Origin: an uncultured delta proteobacterium
Lineage (GTDB): Bacteria; Desulfobacterota; WTBG01
DNA: 64,000 nt
NCBI GenBank assembly: GCA_963793865.1
Contig: CAWCBP010000001.1
Location: 992,001-1,056,000, forward strand
Direction of reading: 5' to 3'
The translations under genes were made by a program, and so were the position numbers. Position 1 is the stretch's first letter. Every line of letters begins with the position of its first letter. Shown here in pieces: positions 49,713 through 61,127 of this stretch. Below the pieces are notes generated by a model that made no database searches, had not been told where the DNA came from, and worked only from the letters and a program-made list of their open reading frames with translations.

Positions 49713-51638
49713 TATGCCGCTGAAACGCCGTGATCTCTTATCGCATCGCCGTCAACAAACATCCTATGCCACAGTTCCAGAAAAAGCAGCGCCCAGATGC
49801 GATAGCTGTGATCGTACCGCTCCGAGGCATGTTCATCAAGAATTTTCTGCAGGGACTCGGGCTTGAAGTAACCGCGCTCAGTGCATTTTTTGGCCAGAAG
49901 GACGTCATAGGCCATCTCTTTCAAATCGTTTCTGAACCACATGTCAAGAGGAACGCCGAACCCCATTTTCTTTCGCTGCACAATAGGCCGGGGAATCATG
50001 TTGCAGAGCGTGCGCTTCAGGAGGTACTTCGACTCAATACCCCTGAGTTTAAGATCATCGGGCAGGGAGGCGGCAAATTCCATGAGCTTATGGTCAAGAA
50101 ACGGTGAGCGCGCCTCCAGGGAATGGGCCATGGTGGCAATATCTACTTTTACCAGCAGGTCTTCAGGCAGGTAGGACATTACGTCTACAAAGAGCGTTTT
50201 ATCGATAAAAGCCTTTCCGTCCGCCTTGCCGTACCAATTAACCGTCAAATCAACCGAGTCGGTGCATTTGCATAAGATCATGAAATGAAGCGGTATAGAG
50301 ATCCCGCTTCATTTCATTGTCAAAAAAGCAGATCCAGCGGACATAGCGCCTTTCAGGCACCTCAGAAATGCCTTTTATAAATCGTTTGAGCCGTCTCACA
50401 AAGCTTTTACGGTTCGTGCTGTACGGCAGGCGGTCGATCACTTTTTGGAAAATTCCATCTCGGATGAATGACGGTACATACCGGTAGTAATCAGCAAGCT
50501 TGTCCGCCACATACCGTTCGTACCCGGCAAATGACTCGTCTCCCCCGTCCCCGTTGAGCGCGACGGTCACATGCTCACGGGTCATCTTGGATACGTAATA
50601 AGTCGGTATCGCCGACGAATCAGCAAAGGGCTCGTTATAATGCCATACCAGCTGCGGCAGGATGGATAACGCGTCCGGTTCCACCACAAACTCATGATGG
50701 TCGGTTTGATACTGCCGGGCCGCCATGCGCGCAAAGGCCAGCTCATCATAGGCCTCTTCTTTAAAGCCGATGGAAAAGGTTTTTACCGGCTGGTTCATCA
50801 GCCGCTGCATCATGGCCACCACCAGGCTTGAATCTATGCCCCCGCTTAAAAAGGCGCCAAGCGGCACATCGCTTCTCAGCCGTATTCTTACCGCCTCTTC
50901 AAACAGTTCCTCCAGTCGCTTTCCATAGTCTTCAAGTGAAGGCAGCACCAGCTTGTTGCGGTAGCTCAAATTCCAGTAACGTTTAATCGTCAGCGTATCA
51001 TCTTCATATATGAGTATATGCCCCGGAGGAAGCTTTTTGATAGTGGCAAAGATGCTCAGCGGGCTGGGGACATATTGATAGGTTAAATAATGGTGCAGCG
51101 CGCTATAGTCGAGCTTTTTGTCAATGGATGAACATGCCAGCAGCGATTTTATCTCTGATGCAAAAAACAGCCCTTCCCCGGTATGAGCATAGACAAACGG
51201 CTTTTTCCCCACCCGGTCACGGGCGCAAAAAAGCCTCCGCTTTTTCGCGTCCCATATGGCAAACGCAAACATGCCGCGGAGGTCCTGCACACAATCATCA
51301 CCCCTCTCTTCATAAAGATGAATGATTGTTTCCGTGTCGGTATTGGAGCGGAATCTGTGACCCTTGGATTGCAGCTCACGGCGGATGTCCGGATAATTAT
51401 AAATCTCGCCGTTAAAAACGATCCAGACGGACTCGTCTTCGTTGGGCATGGGCTGATGACCGGCCGGGGTGAGGTCGATAATGCTCAGCCGGCGATGTGC
51501 AAGCCCTACATTGCCCTTCAGATATATGCCCGCATCATCAGGCCCCCGGTGACTGAGCAGGGATGACATCTGCTGCAGCACATTCTCGTCAACTGCTCGT
51601 TCCTGGTCACGGTACACGATACCGCAAATCCCGCACAT
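49712..51638 (-). CDS. asnB: Asparagine synthase (glutamine-hydrolysing) family amidotransferase (frameshift near 50270)
   Basis: MCGICG, HRGPDD, FNGEIYN, LSGGIDSS, GDGGDE, SLEARSPFLD, KKMGF. Confidence 0.92.
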
Positions 51639-51651
51639 AGCCTGCCTTTCT

Positions 51652-53298
51652 TCACCGCCCGCAACTGACCTGATAAACCCTGATTCCCTTCTGTCCCCTG
51701 GTAAAATCCTTGATCAACTCAAACCCCGGTTCCATGGCGTGAAAATAGCGGTTGGTGACGACAATATAGTTGTATCCCTTTTCACAATAATATGAAGGCG
51801 GCTGGCCTATCACATCGGTATCCTGCCATAAGCGATAGCGCATGTAATCATCGGAGCGCGAACCGGCCGAAGTATCAATCTCAACAATGTCATAATACAC
51901 AGTGGGTTCTATTTCCAGCTGCAATTTTAGAAAGTCCGCTTTGAGCAAACCATGCGCCCTTGCCCGCTCATACTGGCGTTTTACGTTATCCGGAGCGTTG
52001 AAGAGCTTCGGCCCGGCATTGCCCGCATTATCAAGGAGTATTTTTGAGCCTGCCGGAATGTGCTGTTCAATCCACTCCTTGCTTTCAAGGGTTATGCTTT
52101 TGCTTCCCCGCTCCGCATCCCATTGAAGGATCAGATACGCAGGATGCACAATAAGCAGCAAAAGCACCACTAAAACCATGGGTGAACGGTAACTGATGCT
52201 TATCCGGGATAAAAGATCTTTTAACAATACGGCACCGAGTACCGCACACAGGGGAAACGTGCAAAGAATATATTTTGCTTCAACATAGCGATGCAGGGAT
52301 GCAAAAATGATGACGCATAGAGCAGTAAAAGAAAGTACGCGGAGACCGACCTCCCTTGTTACCAGGTAACGTGTCAAACCTATAACACAGAGCGCTCCTG
52401 CCGGCATTCCCCAATAATCCCGAATGATATCCCGGATATAGAACCAGAGGTTAAAACCTGTTGTCGCATGAAATGATTGCAGTGCTCTTATCTCACCGGA
52501 TGCCGCTATAAAGTCAATATAAAAATAAGGGCATGCAAGCGCGTGCCCTCCGATCACAGCAGCAAGTCCGAGCAGCCATTCCCTGGAAAATAATTTATCC
52601 GCAAGCCTGCCCCTCCCGGCTTGTGAAAAATGCGCCGCGGCGAAGGCAACCAGGGCAATGACGCCGTTAAATTTGGTGCCGGCTGCGAGACCGGTGAAAA
52701 AACCGGCATAAAGATACATGCTGAGGCGTCTGTCTGAAAGGAGTATCAAAGAGCGGTAAACAGCACAGCTGAATACAAAGGTAACGGCGGCATCCACCGT
52801 CGCATAGTGGGAATGAACCACATGCTGGTAGCAGAGTGCAAGCAGAAGCGCTGCTACAATGCCTGTGCCTTCACCCTTTACCCTCTTCCCAATCGCATAG
52901 GTTATCCAGACGGTCGCGGCCCCGAAGCAAGCCGATAAACCCCTGGCAATGAGATAAAAGGGGGTGGGATCGCGTACGAACTGAACGGCAAACTGATGCA
53001 CCGAATCATGCCAGCCGGCTATAGCGCCCACAACATAGTAACATCCATAGATGATGAACAGCAGATATTGAACCAGCGATCCGTATTGAAAGCGGTGGGG
53101 ATTAAGATCACCGCTTCCGAAACGAACGGCGTGATTTACCACCTCGGATTCGTCTCCGTGGTCTATCCCCGGAAGACCGAAAGAGATGCCCCACATCCGT
53201 ATGGCAAGTGCGAGCAAGCATACAAGCAGCACTAACCAAAAGGTATTGTTTGTGTAGGGGATGCCATCCGCAAGCAGGCGCTCTCTTTGCATAACCAC
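51652..53298 (-). CDS. GT-C membrane glycosyltransferase (ArnT/PMT_2-like)
   Basis: IRMWGISFGLP..HGDE, ARGLSA, HSHYATVD, TKFNG. Confidence 0.87.
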   Translation of the reverse strand: MVMQRERLLADGIPYTNNTFWLVLLVCLLALAIRMWGISFGLPGIDHGDESEVVNHAVRFGSGDLNPHRFQYGSLVQYLLFIIYGCYYVVGAIAGWHDSVHQFAVQFVRDPTPFYLIARGLSACFGAATVWITYAIGKRVKGEGTGIVAALLLALCYQHVVHSHYATVDAAVTFVFSCAVYRSLILLSDRRLSMYLYAGFFTGLAAGTKFNGVIALVAFAAAHFSQAGRGRLADKLFSREWLLGLAAVIGGHALACPYFYIDFIAASGEIRALQSFHATTGFNLWFYIRDIIRDYWGMPAGALCVIGLTRYLVTREVGLRVLSFTALCVIIFASLHRYVEAKYILCTFPLCAVLGAVLLKDLLSRISISYRSPMVLVVLLLLIVHPAYLILQWDAERGSKSITLESKEWIEQHIPAGSKILLDNAGNAGPKLFNAPDNVKRQYERARAHGLLKADFLKLQLEIEPTVYYDIVEIDTSAGSRSDDYMRYRLWQDTDVIGQPPSYYCEKGYNYIVVTNRYFHAMEPGFELIKDFTRGQKGIRVYQVSCGR

Positions 53299-53307
53299 AT
53301 GACACCT

Positions 53308-54551
53308 TTACTTCTTTTGCTTACCAAGTCTCATGGTAATCAATATCAGATACCCGGGAATAACAATGGGAATAATAAAGCTGCTGATAAGTATGGGTAG
53401 ATAATAAAACATCAACAGTTGCCAGATCTGCTTAACCCTGTTGTATGGGGGATTTGATTCATCAACGTAGCGGAGGAAACGGATTTTCGAAGTAAATAGA
53501 TCCAGAACGCTGGTAAACGGCGTGGTTAAAAAATCGTTTGCATTGACAAGCTGAATATCCTGAAAAAGGTTGGCATAGTCCGGCGAAGGCACCCCAATTT
53601 TTACTACCGCACCTCCCCGTCCGTGTGTTGTTACTTCGCCCATCCTGTCCTGATTCCATAAATTATGGAGCTCGATGGCAGAGAGTGGTGTGGCCTGCAG
53701 ACTAAAATGGCAGTCATAGAGCGGATCCATAAAAATCCACTTTCCGTGTTCATCCGACCAGACCTCTGCCGCATAGTGCCCGTTGTTGCTCGCATCGCCC
53801 AGATGTATCATCCTGGCATTCAAACCCACGCTGGCGCAGCAACTGACATATGTCGCGGCATAGGCATCACAGAGAAAGCCGATGGAAGGATCCTTCCTGA
53901 CCGCCTGCAGAATCCTCTGCGCGTCCCACCGGCTTTTCATCACCGGAAATTTGTTGGGGATCTGCCTGCTGACCCAGCTTCTCAAGGCAATCAAGGAATT
54001 CCATTGATTGGGGCTGCCTCCAAGTACCGGAAGTGTATGCTCTCTCAGCCACTCAATTTTTTCCGATCCCGGTTTCTCAAAGCGAAAGCTGTAGCGGCCG
54101 TTTTTAATTGTTTCTTCAGCGGGAATGACCGTAACCGACACTGTCGCCAACATTGAAAACCCATACCCTGGAGGGCAATTCTCCTCCCAGGGTATTGGAA
54201 GCCTTAAGTTCAATGGTATGCACGCCCTGCCCTGCTCTTATATTAATGCGGCCGTCTTTTGATCCCTGCCATTGCTCGTCTCCATCTATCCGGAAATAAT
54301 AGCTTTCAAAATTGGGAATGTTATTACTCAAGGACATCCATACGCTCTGATCCTCCTGATTGATGAAGCCCTTGTAGTTCAATCCGGTTGATGTTCCAAT
54401 AGAGGTCGGATGGGTCCTCCGTTTCAATGCAGGTGAGACTGCTGACAAGAGGATGCCTGACGCGGTCAAGCACCTGTGCCGCCTTGCTCAAAAACACAGC
54501 GCTCAAAAAACAGATTGCAATGGAAAGAATAAACTTTATTTTCCGGTTCAT
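53308..54551 (-). CDS. Membrane-anchored transglutaminase-like protein (frameshifts near 54388 and 54140)
   Basis: N-terminal signal/TM, beta-rich domain, Cys-His-Asp triad GFLCDAYA / GHYAAEVW / WIFMDP, C-terminal TM plus basic tail. Confidence 0.8.
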
Positions 54552-56521
54552 GTGCTCAGATTACGTTCCATTAATCTATATTCACGGCAAAATAGTTCTA
54601 TTATGCTTATTCCGTGCGCATTCGTGCTGATAAGGTTCTGATCACCTCTCTTGAAAAATAGCGAGCAGACACAAAATCCGCAGCAGAGGGCAATAAGCGG
54701 ATAGGAATGAACCGTCAATCGTTCATCAAGTCCCAGAAATGCTAAAAAAGATGTGTGTGCCTGAAATGCAATCAGGTAGACATAGAGCATCCAGTGGCGG
54801 CATACGCCAATCAGCACCAGTCCGGCGATAAACGTAAGGAGCACCGCTAGACCCATCAGGTTTGACAGCCACCGTTCCTTAAAGAGTTTGGCGGCAAGAC
54901 GTATCACGTTCACCACCGCTCCTGCGCCGGGATTGTTTTTAATTTTAACAGCTTCATAGATCACCGTTCCGGCATTCCCCCTGCCGGAAACGAATGCAAA
55001 AGGCATTTTCAGGTGAATCGTGGCAAATCCAATTAGGCTGCCATAGAACAATTGCCAGGGTGAATGGTATTTTAAATAAAAATCCAAGGGTGTTATCTTC
55101 GGTCCGTAATACATGCCCTTGAGCATTATATCCTCTTCCGACGGGAATCCGGGCTGACCGGCAAATTCCCGGTTCGCATAAAACCGGGCATATTGGTTTG
55201 CGGTGTAGAAAACATCGCCGTATTTTTTATACATGCTGTACTGGTGGGGAACCCAGATGGCAATGCACAGCACAAGCGCTGCGGCGGCCATCGCATAATT
55301 CCAGCGCCTCCTGGCAAGGAGAGGATAAAGAAACAGCACGATGGCAAGCACAGGAAAAAATTCCGAGCGAGTCAGCACGATGCATCCGGCAATAAGCCCG
55401 CTCACGGCAACCCTTGCCCACGCGCTCCTGAATACTGTTACATAGCTGAAGTACACAAAGAGCAGCAGAAGCACGCAAAACCATTCTTCACGCAGCCCTC
55501 GCGCGCTCAGCCTTATAAGATACGGGTGCACGGCAAGGATAAAGGCAGCGATGAGCCCGACCGCTCCTGAAAACCACTCCTTGCCGAGCCGGTAGGTAAG
55601 ATACACAACGGACAGAGAAAATGCGCATGAAGCAAACCGGAGATGGGTGGCCGATACGCCGAACAAGGTGAAAAAGAGCTTTACCATGAGTAAAAAGAGA
55701 GGTTCTCTTTTTTCAAATTGCGCCGAGTAAAATCCCCCCTCTCCGGCCAGCTGTATTTTCTGCGCATAGCTATAATAACCCCTCGCATCTTCATCAAGCA
55801 TGGTGCCTGAAATTCTTTCAATCTCATTCCACCTCAGGTACAGAGCAAGCAGCAGGATACAAAACAGCAGGGTTTGTAAAATCTTTTCCTTATTGGATAG
55901 CCTGTTTGTGAAGAGACTCACAATAATCACATAGGCGATACAAATCAGCCCCAGAAATGCCGGCAGGTTCGGTAACGATGGTTTTACCTGCGCGTACTGT
56001 CCTGTCACCAGCTCAATCGCATCAAGAACCCGCGCCTGAAACGGTCCGCGGTTCTCTGCCTCAAATAAAACCTTAAAGCTGCTGCACCCCTGAAGTCGTT
56101 CGCTTACATCAAATACGGAGCCGACATAATTCCCGCTTCCTGCCAGCTGGAACGCGGTTCCGCCTTCCGGATAAATTGTAATCGCATTAGGCCGCTTGTC
56201 ACCCGTGTCTCCATAAAACCATATCCGGAGAAGGCATCCCTGATTACTTTGCTTATCAAACTTAAAAGCCAGCCTGCCTGAGGAGGCAGGCGGTAACTCC
56301 AGCCCCTGCCCGGCGGCCACAAACCCCGTGCGTTCAATAATCCTTCCGTCACGGCAAAGCTGCTCCGCGCTAAAAGAACACTGATAAAACGATTCAACCG
56401 GGGGATCGGGCGCGAAAAGCAGCCTCAGTTTACCCTGGTAGACCATTACGGCAACAGTTACAAATATAAAAAAAAGGAAGTACCTGAGTGCGTCCTTTTC
56501 TCCATCCTTCAATGGCTTCAT
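54548..56521 (-). CDS. GT-C membrane glycosyltransferase with extracytoplasmic N-domain
   Basis: LDEDARGY, KREPLF, RLSARGLREE, LTRSE; many TM helices. Confidence 0.8.
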   Translation of the reverse strand: MKPLKDGEKDALRYFLFFIFVTVAVMVYQGKLRLLFAPDPPVESFYQCSFSAEQLCRDGRIIERTGFVAAGQGLELPPASSGRLAFKFDKQSNQGCLLRIWFYGDTGDKRPNAITIYPEGGTAFQLAGSGNYVGSVFDVSERLQGCSSFKVLFEAENRGPFQARVLDAIELVTGQYAQVKPSLPNLPAFLGLICIAYVIIVSLFTNRLSNKEKILQTLLFCILLLALYLRWNEIERISGTMLDEDARGYYSYAQKIQLAGEGGFYSAQFEKREPLFLLMVKLFFTLFGVSATHLRFASCAFSLSVVYLTYRLGKEWFSGAVGLIAAFILAVHPYLIRLSARGLREEWFCVLLLLFVYFSYVTVFRSAWARVAVSGLIAGCIVLTRSEFFPVLAIVLFLYPLLARRRWNYAMAAAALVLCIAIWVPHQYSMYKKYGDVFYTANQYARFYANREFAGQPGFPSEEDIMLKGMYYGPKITPLDFYLKYHSPWQLFYGSLIGFATIHLKMPFAFVSGRGNAGTVIYEAVKIKNNPGAGAVVNVIRLAAKLFKERWLSNLMGLAVLLTFIAGLVLIGVCRHWMLYVYLIAFQAHTSFLAFLGLDERLTVHSYPLIALCCGFCVCSLFFKRGDQNLISTNAHGISIIELFCREYRLMERNLST

Positions 56522-56555
56522 TGTAATCCCTCAGTCAACTGCCGACAGCATGAAT

Positions 56556-57486
56556 TCATGGGGCCGGACGCCGGCGCAAGGCATTGAATGCCGCAATTGC
56601 AACCAGCAGAACAAAGATTGTGACATTAAAAGCCAGGATTGTCCGCAGGATGATTTCTTTTCTCCCGATCTTTACCGAATTACTGTCCAGGTACTGCAGC
56701 TTGGCGACAGGCAGGGAACGCTTGCCCGCAATATAACTGAGTATCTGCGGAGTCTCCAGGTGCTGGTTAGAAACAACGGTAAAACCGTTGAGATATATCT
56801 CTTTCAAGGATTTTTCATCAGCAGCACGGTATATACTGTCATCTCCTCTTTCCGATGCAAAAACAGCTGCGTTGGTCTGTTTGCCCTTCCTGTATGCGTT
56901 GATAATTTCAGCAACCGAGAGCGGCACTCCGTCGCTTGAAATATGATATCCCAGGGTCGGGTCCACCATGATCCAACGGCCGGATTCCCGAAGAAACGCC
57001 TCCGGAACAACATGCCCGTTCAGTTCTATGATGCGAGCCGGTATTCCGGCTGACTGACACGCCGCGGCAAAATACCGTGCGTATCGGTCGCACAGTCCGC
57101 TGTATGTGCCCCTGGGAGATGGGGATTGAAATGCATCAGCACTGCCGGTGTATGGCCGTCTCGTCACTGATTCCGAAAGTCATCTTTGTCCGGACCCATT
57201 CGGCAATATCAGTCAGCATCGTCATATCAGCCTGTTTCCGGTCCCCCAACATCTGCTTAATCTCAACCCTGTCTTCCTCGGTAATACTAAGCGGTATCCG
57301 GTAGTCAAACACATATCCGTCATACAGAACGGTCATATCAGCAGTCGGGGGCTTATTGAAATCGTCAACATCCTCAGTGTAATAGACTCGTACCAGCGAC
57401 CCGGGCAATGATTTTAAATACAACGCCTGAATTGTTATTACGGCTAATATGGCTCCCAGGCTGACAAGCAGCGATTTAGAATACAT
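56556..57486 (-). CDS. Membrane-anchored transglutaminase-like protein (frameshift near 57155)
   Basis: N-terminal TM; GLCDRYA, GIPARII, GHVVPE, WIMVDPT; C-terminal TM then RRRP. Confidence 0.82.
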
Positions 57487-57504
57487 TGTACTCGTCCTGC
57501 AACA

Positions 57505-58663
57505 TTAAACTCTGATTTCCGGGTAAGCGGATTGGGTCAGCAATTGCTGATATAGCTTCTTATAGCAATCGGCAGTGCGTGCGAGCCCATACCGCTCTTC
57601 GACGGTTTTTCTCGCCGCCTTACCAAGGCTTCCCGCCAAAACATCATTCCTGAGCAATTCAATCAACGCGTTGCTTAAAGCCGCCGGGTTGCCCGGCGGA
57701 ACCAGCATGCCATTGACCCTGTCACTGATCATATCCACTGCCGCGCCGACTGCAGTAGCCACAACCGGTAAACCGCAGGCCATGGCTTCCAGCAAAACAT
57801 TTGACATCCCTTCCGACAGTGAGGGCAGTACAAAAATATCCGTTTCAGAAAGTTCCTTCGCCACATCCTCCTGCCGCCCTCTAAAAATAACCTTTCCCTG
57901 TATCTGGAGTGCCTCCGCCTGTCGCGTCAACTGCAGTGCGTCTGGTCCATCGCCGACAATCTTGAGCTTCACATCAGGGCAACCCTGGATTATCTGCCTG
58001 AAGGCCTCGAGCAGACAATCCACGCCCTTGTATCCGTCAAGCCTTCCGATAAAGGTGATCATTTTTTGATTGTTGCTGTGCCGTGTGCTGATGGTGAACC
58101 TGCTTGTGTCAACACCGTTGGCTATTTGCTCTACTCTGTCCGCAGGTATGTCCTCCTTTAAAAGCTCGGACGTGGCCTGACTGCAAAGAGAAATAATCCT
58201 GTCTGCGTTCCTCATCAAGCGGATGGTTACTCTTCCGGCAAGCGTATTTTTCATGAGCTTTACATCACTGGTCAGGCCCGACGAGGACATTTTAGCAATC
58301 ACTTTTTTATTAAATAATGACTTAAATACAAGCGCTACATAATGTTTGATATTCCTGCAATATATGACAATGGATTATCGAATATTCCTTTCTTTTTTTA
58401 TACAGAAACCAGGCGGTTGATATCACGTAAAGCAATCCAAAGAGAAATGGTATGTTAACCGACCTGATGGCTCGATACACCGGGATGCCATCCACCGTTT
58501 CATAGGCGGGAACATTTTTTATCCTTCGGGTCAGAACAGAAATCTCCACTCCTCTGGCTCGAAGTGCCGATGCCAATTTCTGTGCCTGAATTTCTGCACC
58601 TCCAAGCAAGGGATAAAACTGTGCTATAACCATGACTACTTTTTCCGAACCCATATATATCAA
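57505..58663 (-). CDS. Glycosyltransferase family 4 (frameshift near 58330)
   Basis: FYPLLGGAE, NGVD, GRLDGYKG, SEGMSNVLLEAMACG. Confidence 0.88.
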
Positions 58664-58669
58664 CCGGTG

Positions 58670-59828
58670 TCAGATCGTCTTGCAAACACTGGTGTAAAGA
58701 TCCTGATAGGCGCTTACCATGCTCTCATGGGAACAGGATTTCACTACAAAATCACGGGCGCGCCCACCCAGCAGCGTGGACAGTTTCGTATCCCTGATCA
58801 ACATCCCCAGCGCCTCCGCCAGACCTTTTTCATCGTGGGGATTGACCAGTATTCCCCTCTTGCCAACGTGGCAGTGCCCCCGCGGCAGATCATTTCCTGA
58901 CAACTCCGCACCGACCAAATCTTCACTTGCGCCAACCCGGGTAGTTATGACCGCCAGCCCGCAGGACATGGCCTCGAGCAGCGCGGAGGACATTCCTTCA
59001 GAGAGAGAGGGTAATACAAAGACACGTGCCTGCTGATAATAAGGGCGCACGTCCTCTGCAAAGCCGGTAAAAACTACCCGGCCATCGATTGCCAAATGCC
59101 TTGACAAATCTTCCAGCAGGGTCTTTTGCTTTCCGTCGCCGACGACAAAGAGCTTTGCATCACAGCCTTCCTGTATCATAATCGAAAACGCCCTGAGCAA
59201 ATAGCCCAAGCCTTTCTGCGCTTCAACTCTGCCAACAAAACAGACATTCGTTACAGGCACTGCAGAAGGAACGTAGCGTTCAGTATCAACCCCATTCGGA
59301 ATAAAGGCCAGCTTTCGTTTCCGGAAACCGGTTCCGTAGCAGCTCTTCCTTCATGTCCGCTGACATATACACAATGCGGTCAAAACGATGTGCGCAGGCT
59401 GTAATAAGATTTCTGAACCTCAGCTCCTCTGCATTCGCAAAATCACCATAGGGACCCGAACACAGCAGCCGCAGAACCAGCTTCTTCTTAAACAGATTAC
59501 GCATGATCAAAGCAGGCGGAAGAAACAGGAAGAGGCCGAAACAGTGAATGATGTCGTAACTGCGTCTGTAGCGGACAAGAAATATCAGCACCGATAGCAT
59601 ATAAGCCATGCCGAACGGGTGCCACCACTTCATCTTTCGATAAACAGGTATGCCGTCAATTACGCCGTAATCCGGCATGCCCTTGAGCCGCTGGGTCAGA
59701 ACGGCAACCGGTGTCCCCCGTTCGCTGAGACTTTTCGACAAGGCCCGGCAGACTTTTTCAGCCCCGCCGACGACAGGGTGGTACAGGCCGATTACCATTA
59801 ATACCCGACAGCTCTTTTGCTCAACCAT
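58670..59828 (-). CDS. Glycosyltransferase family 4 (frameshift near 59312)
   Basis: YHPVVGGAE, FIPNGVD (after frame repair), SEGMSSALLEAMSCG. Confidence 0.88.
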
Positions 59829-61018
59829 GAATCACACAGCCCGTCGTTGAAAGAACTGCTCTTCTACCGCCTCTGCCGTCCCCGAGGGACGCATACAGCG
59901 ACTGATACTCATCCGCTATTTTGTCCAGGGCATAGTTATTTTCCACATGCCGTCGTGCGCTGGACTGCAATTGATGCGACAGCGCATCATCGTTGACCAG
60001 GCGTACCATTGCGCTTGAGAGTCCATCGACATCACCCGGGTTCACCATGATGCCGTACTCGGCAACCAGATAGTGACCCGGCGGGATGGCTGTATCCGCT
60101 CCATGAGGATCAAGCACCTCTCTATTGCCTTCCACATTGCTGGCGACCACCGGAAGGCCGCACGACATCGCCTCAAGCAATGACAGTGACAGCCCTTCGG
60201 ACAGAGAAGGCAAAACAAAAATATCTGATCCGCGATAGTATGTCAGCGCGGACTTGTTGCCGATAAAACGAATCAGCTCCTGTAAATGTAAACTGTCACT
60301 CAGGTTTTGAAGCCGTTCTCTCATCGGTCCGTCACCGACAATAAAAAGCTCTACCCCCGGGTCAGTAGCGTTTACCTTTTTCATGGCTTGAATAAGGCAG
60401 TCAACCCCCTTTTCTTCAGCCAGTCTTCCGACAAAGCAGATGCGTTTCCGATCCGCCCGCCCCCTTTTATTTTCAGGCCCGATAGAGCTCCTGATCAACG
60501 CTGTTCGGAATGGCAACTATAGCCCGGCCGGGGAAACCCTCTTGCTCAATCTCGCGTCCGACATGTCGTGCAATGGATATGATTCTGTCGAGCCTGCGCG
60601 CGCTGGCCAGAATTAACCCGCCGCACCTGAGCTGCCTGATTCTATGAAAATCACCATAGGCACCCGATCCTTCAATGCGGCCGACTGCCTTTTTGCCCAG
60701 GAAGTATTTAACCAGCACAACCGGAGGAATAAAAAGATACAGGCCAAAGCACTGGACTACATCATAGGCTCTCATGTTCCGTAGCAGAAACCAGAGCACC
60801 GAAAGCATGTAGGTGTATTCGTACCAATGCCACCCTTTCATCCTCCGGTATACAGGTATTCCATCGATTACCTCATAGTCAGGCAATCCGGCACAGTGCT
60901 GGGTCAATACCGTGACGCCCACACCCCTTTTCTGTAACCGTGATGCCAGCTTTTGGCACTCTCGCTCGGTACCGCCGGTTATGGGGTAATACTGCCCTAC
61001 TATCATCAACACCTTCAC
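59821..61018 (-). CDS. Glycosyltransferase family 4 (frameshift near 60485)
   Basis: YYPITGGTE, IPNSVD, GRLAEEKG, SEGLSLSLLEAMSCG. Confidence 0.88.
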
Positions 61019-61127
61019 AGCAGCACCTGCTTATATCTGTATAAGTGAGCCTGATTAACGGCACTGCACATACAATTCCTTACTTGTCCCGATGCCCGGC
61101 ACAAACTGTTAGCACGCATGTGCCTCA

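Noticed and set aside
45019..61018. Phase variation of glycosyltransferases by slipped-strand repeats
   Set aside because: The indels I could localise sit in short runs, not long homopolymers or SSRs, and occur equally in non-surface genes.
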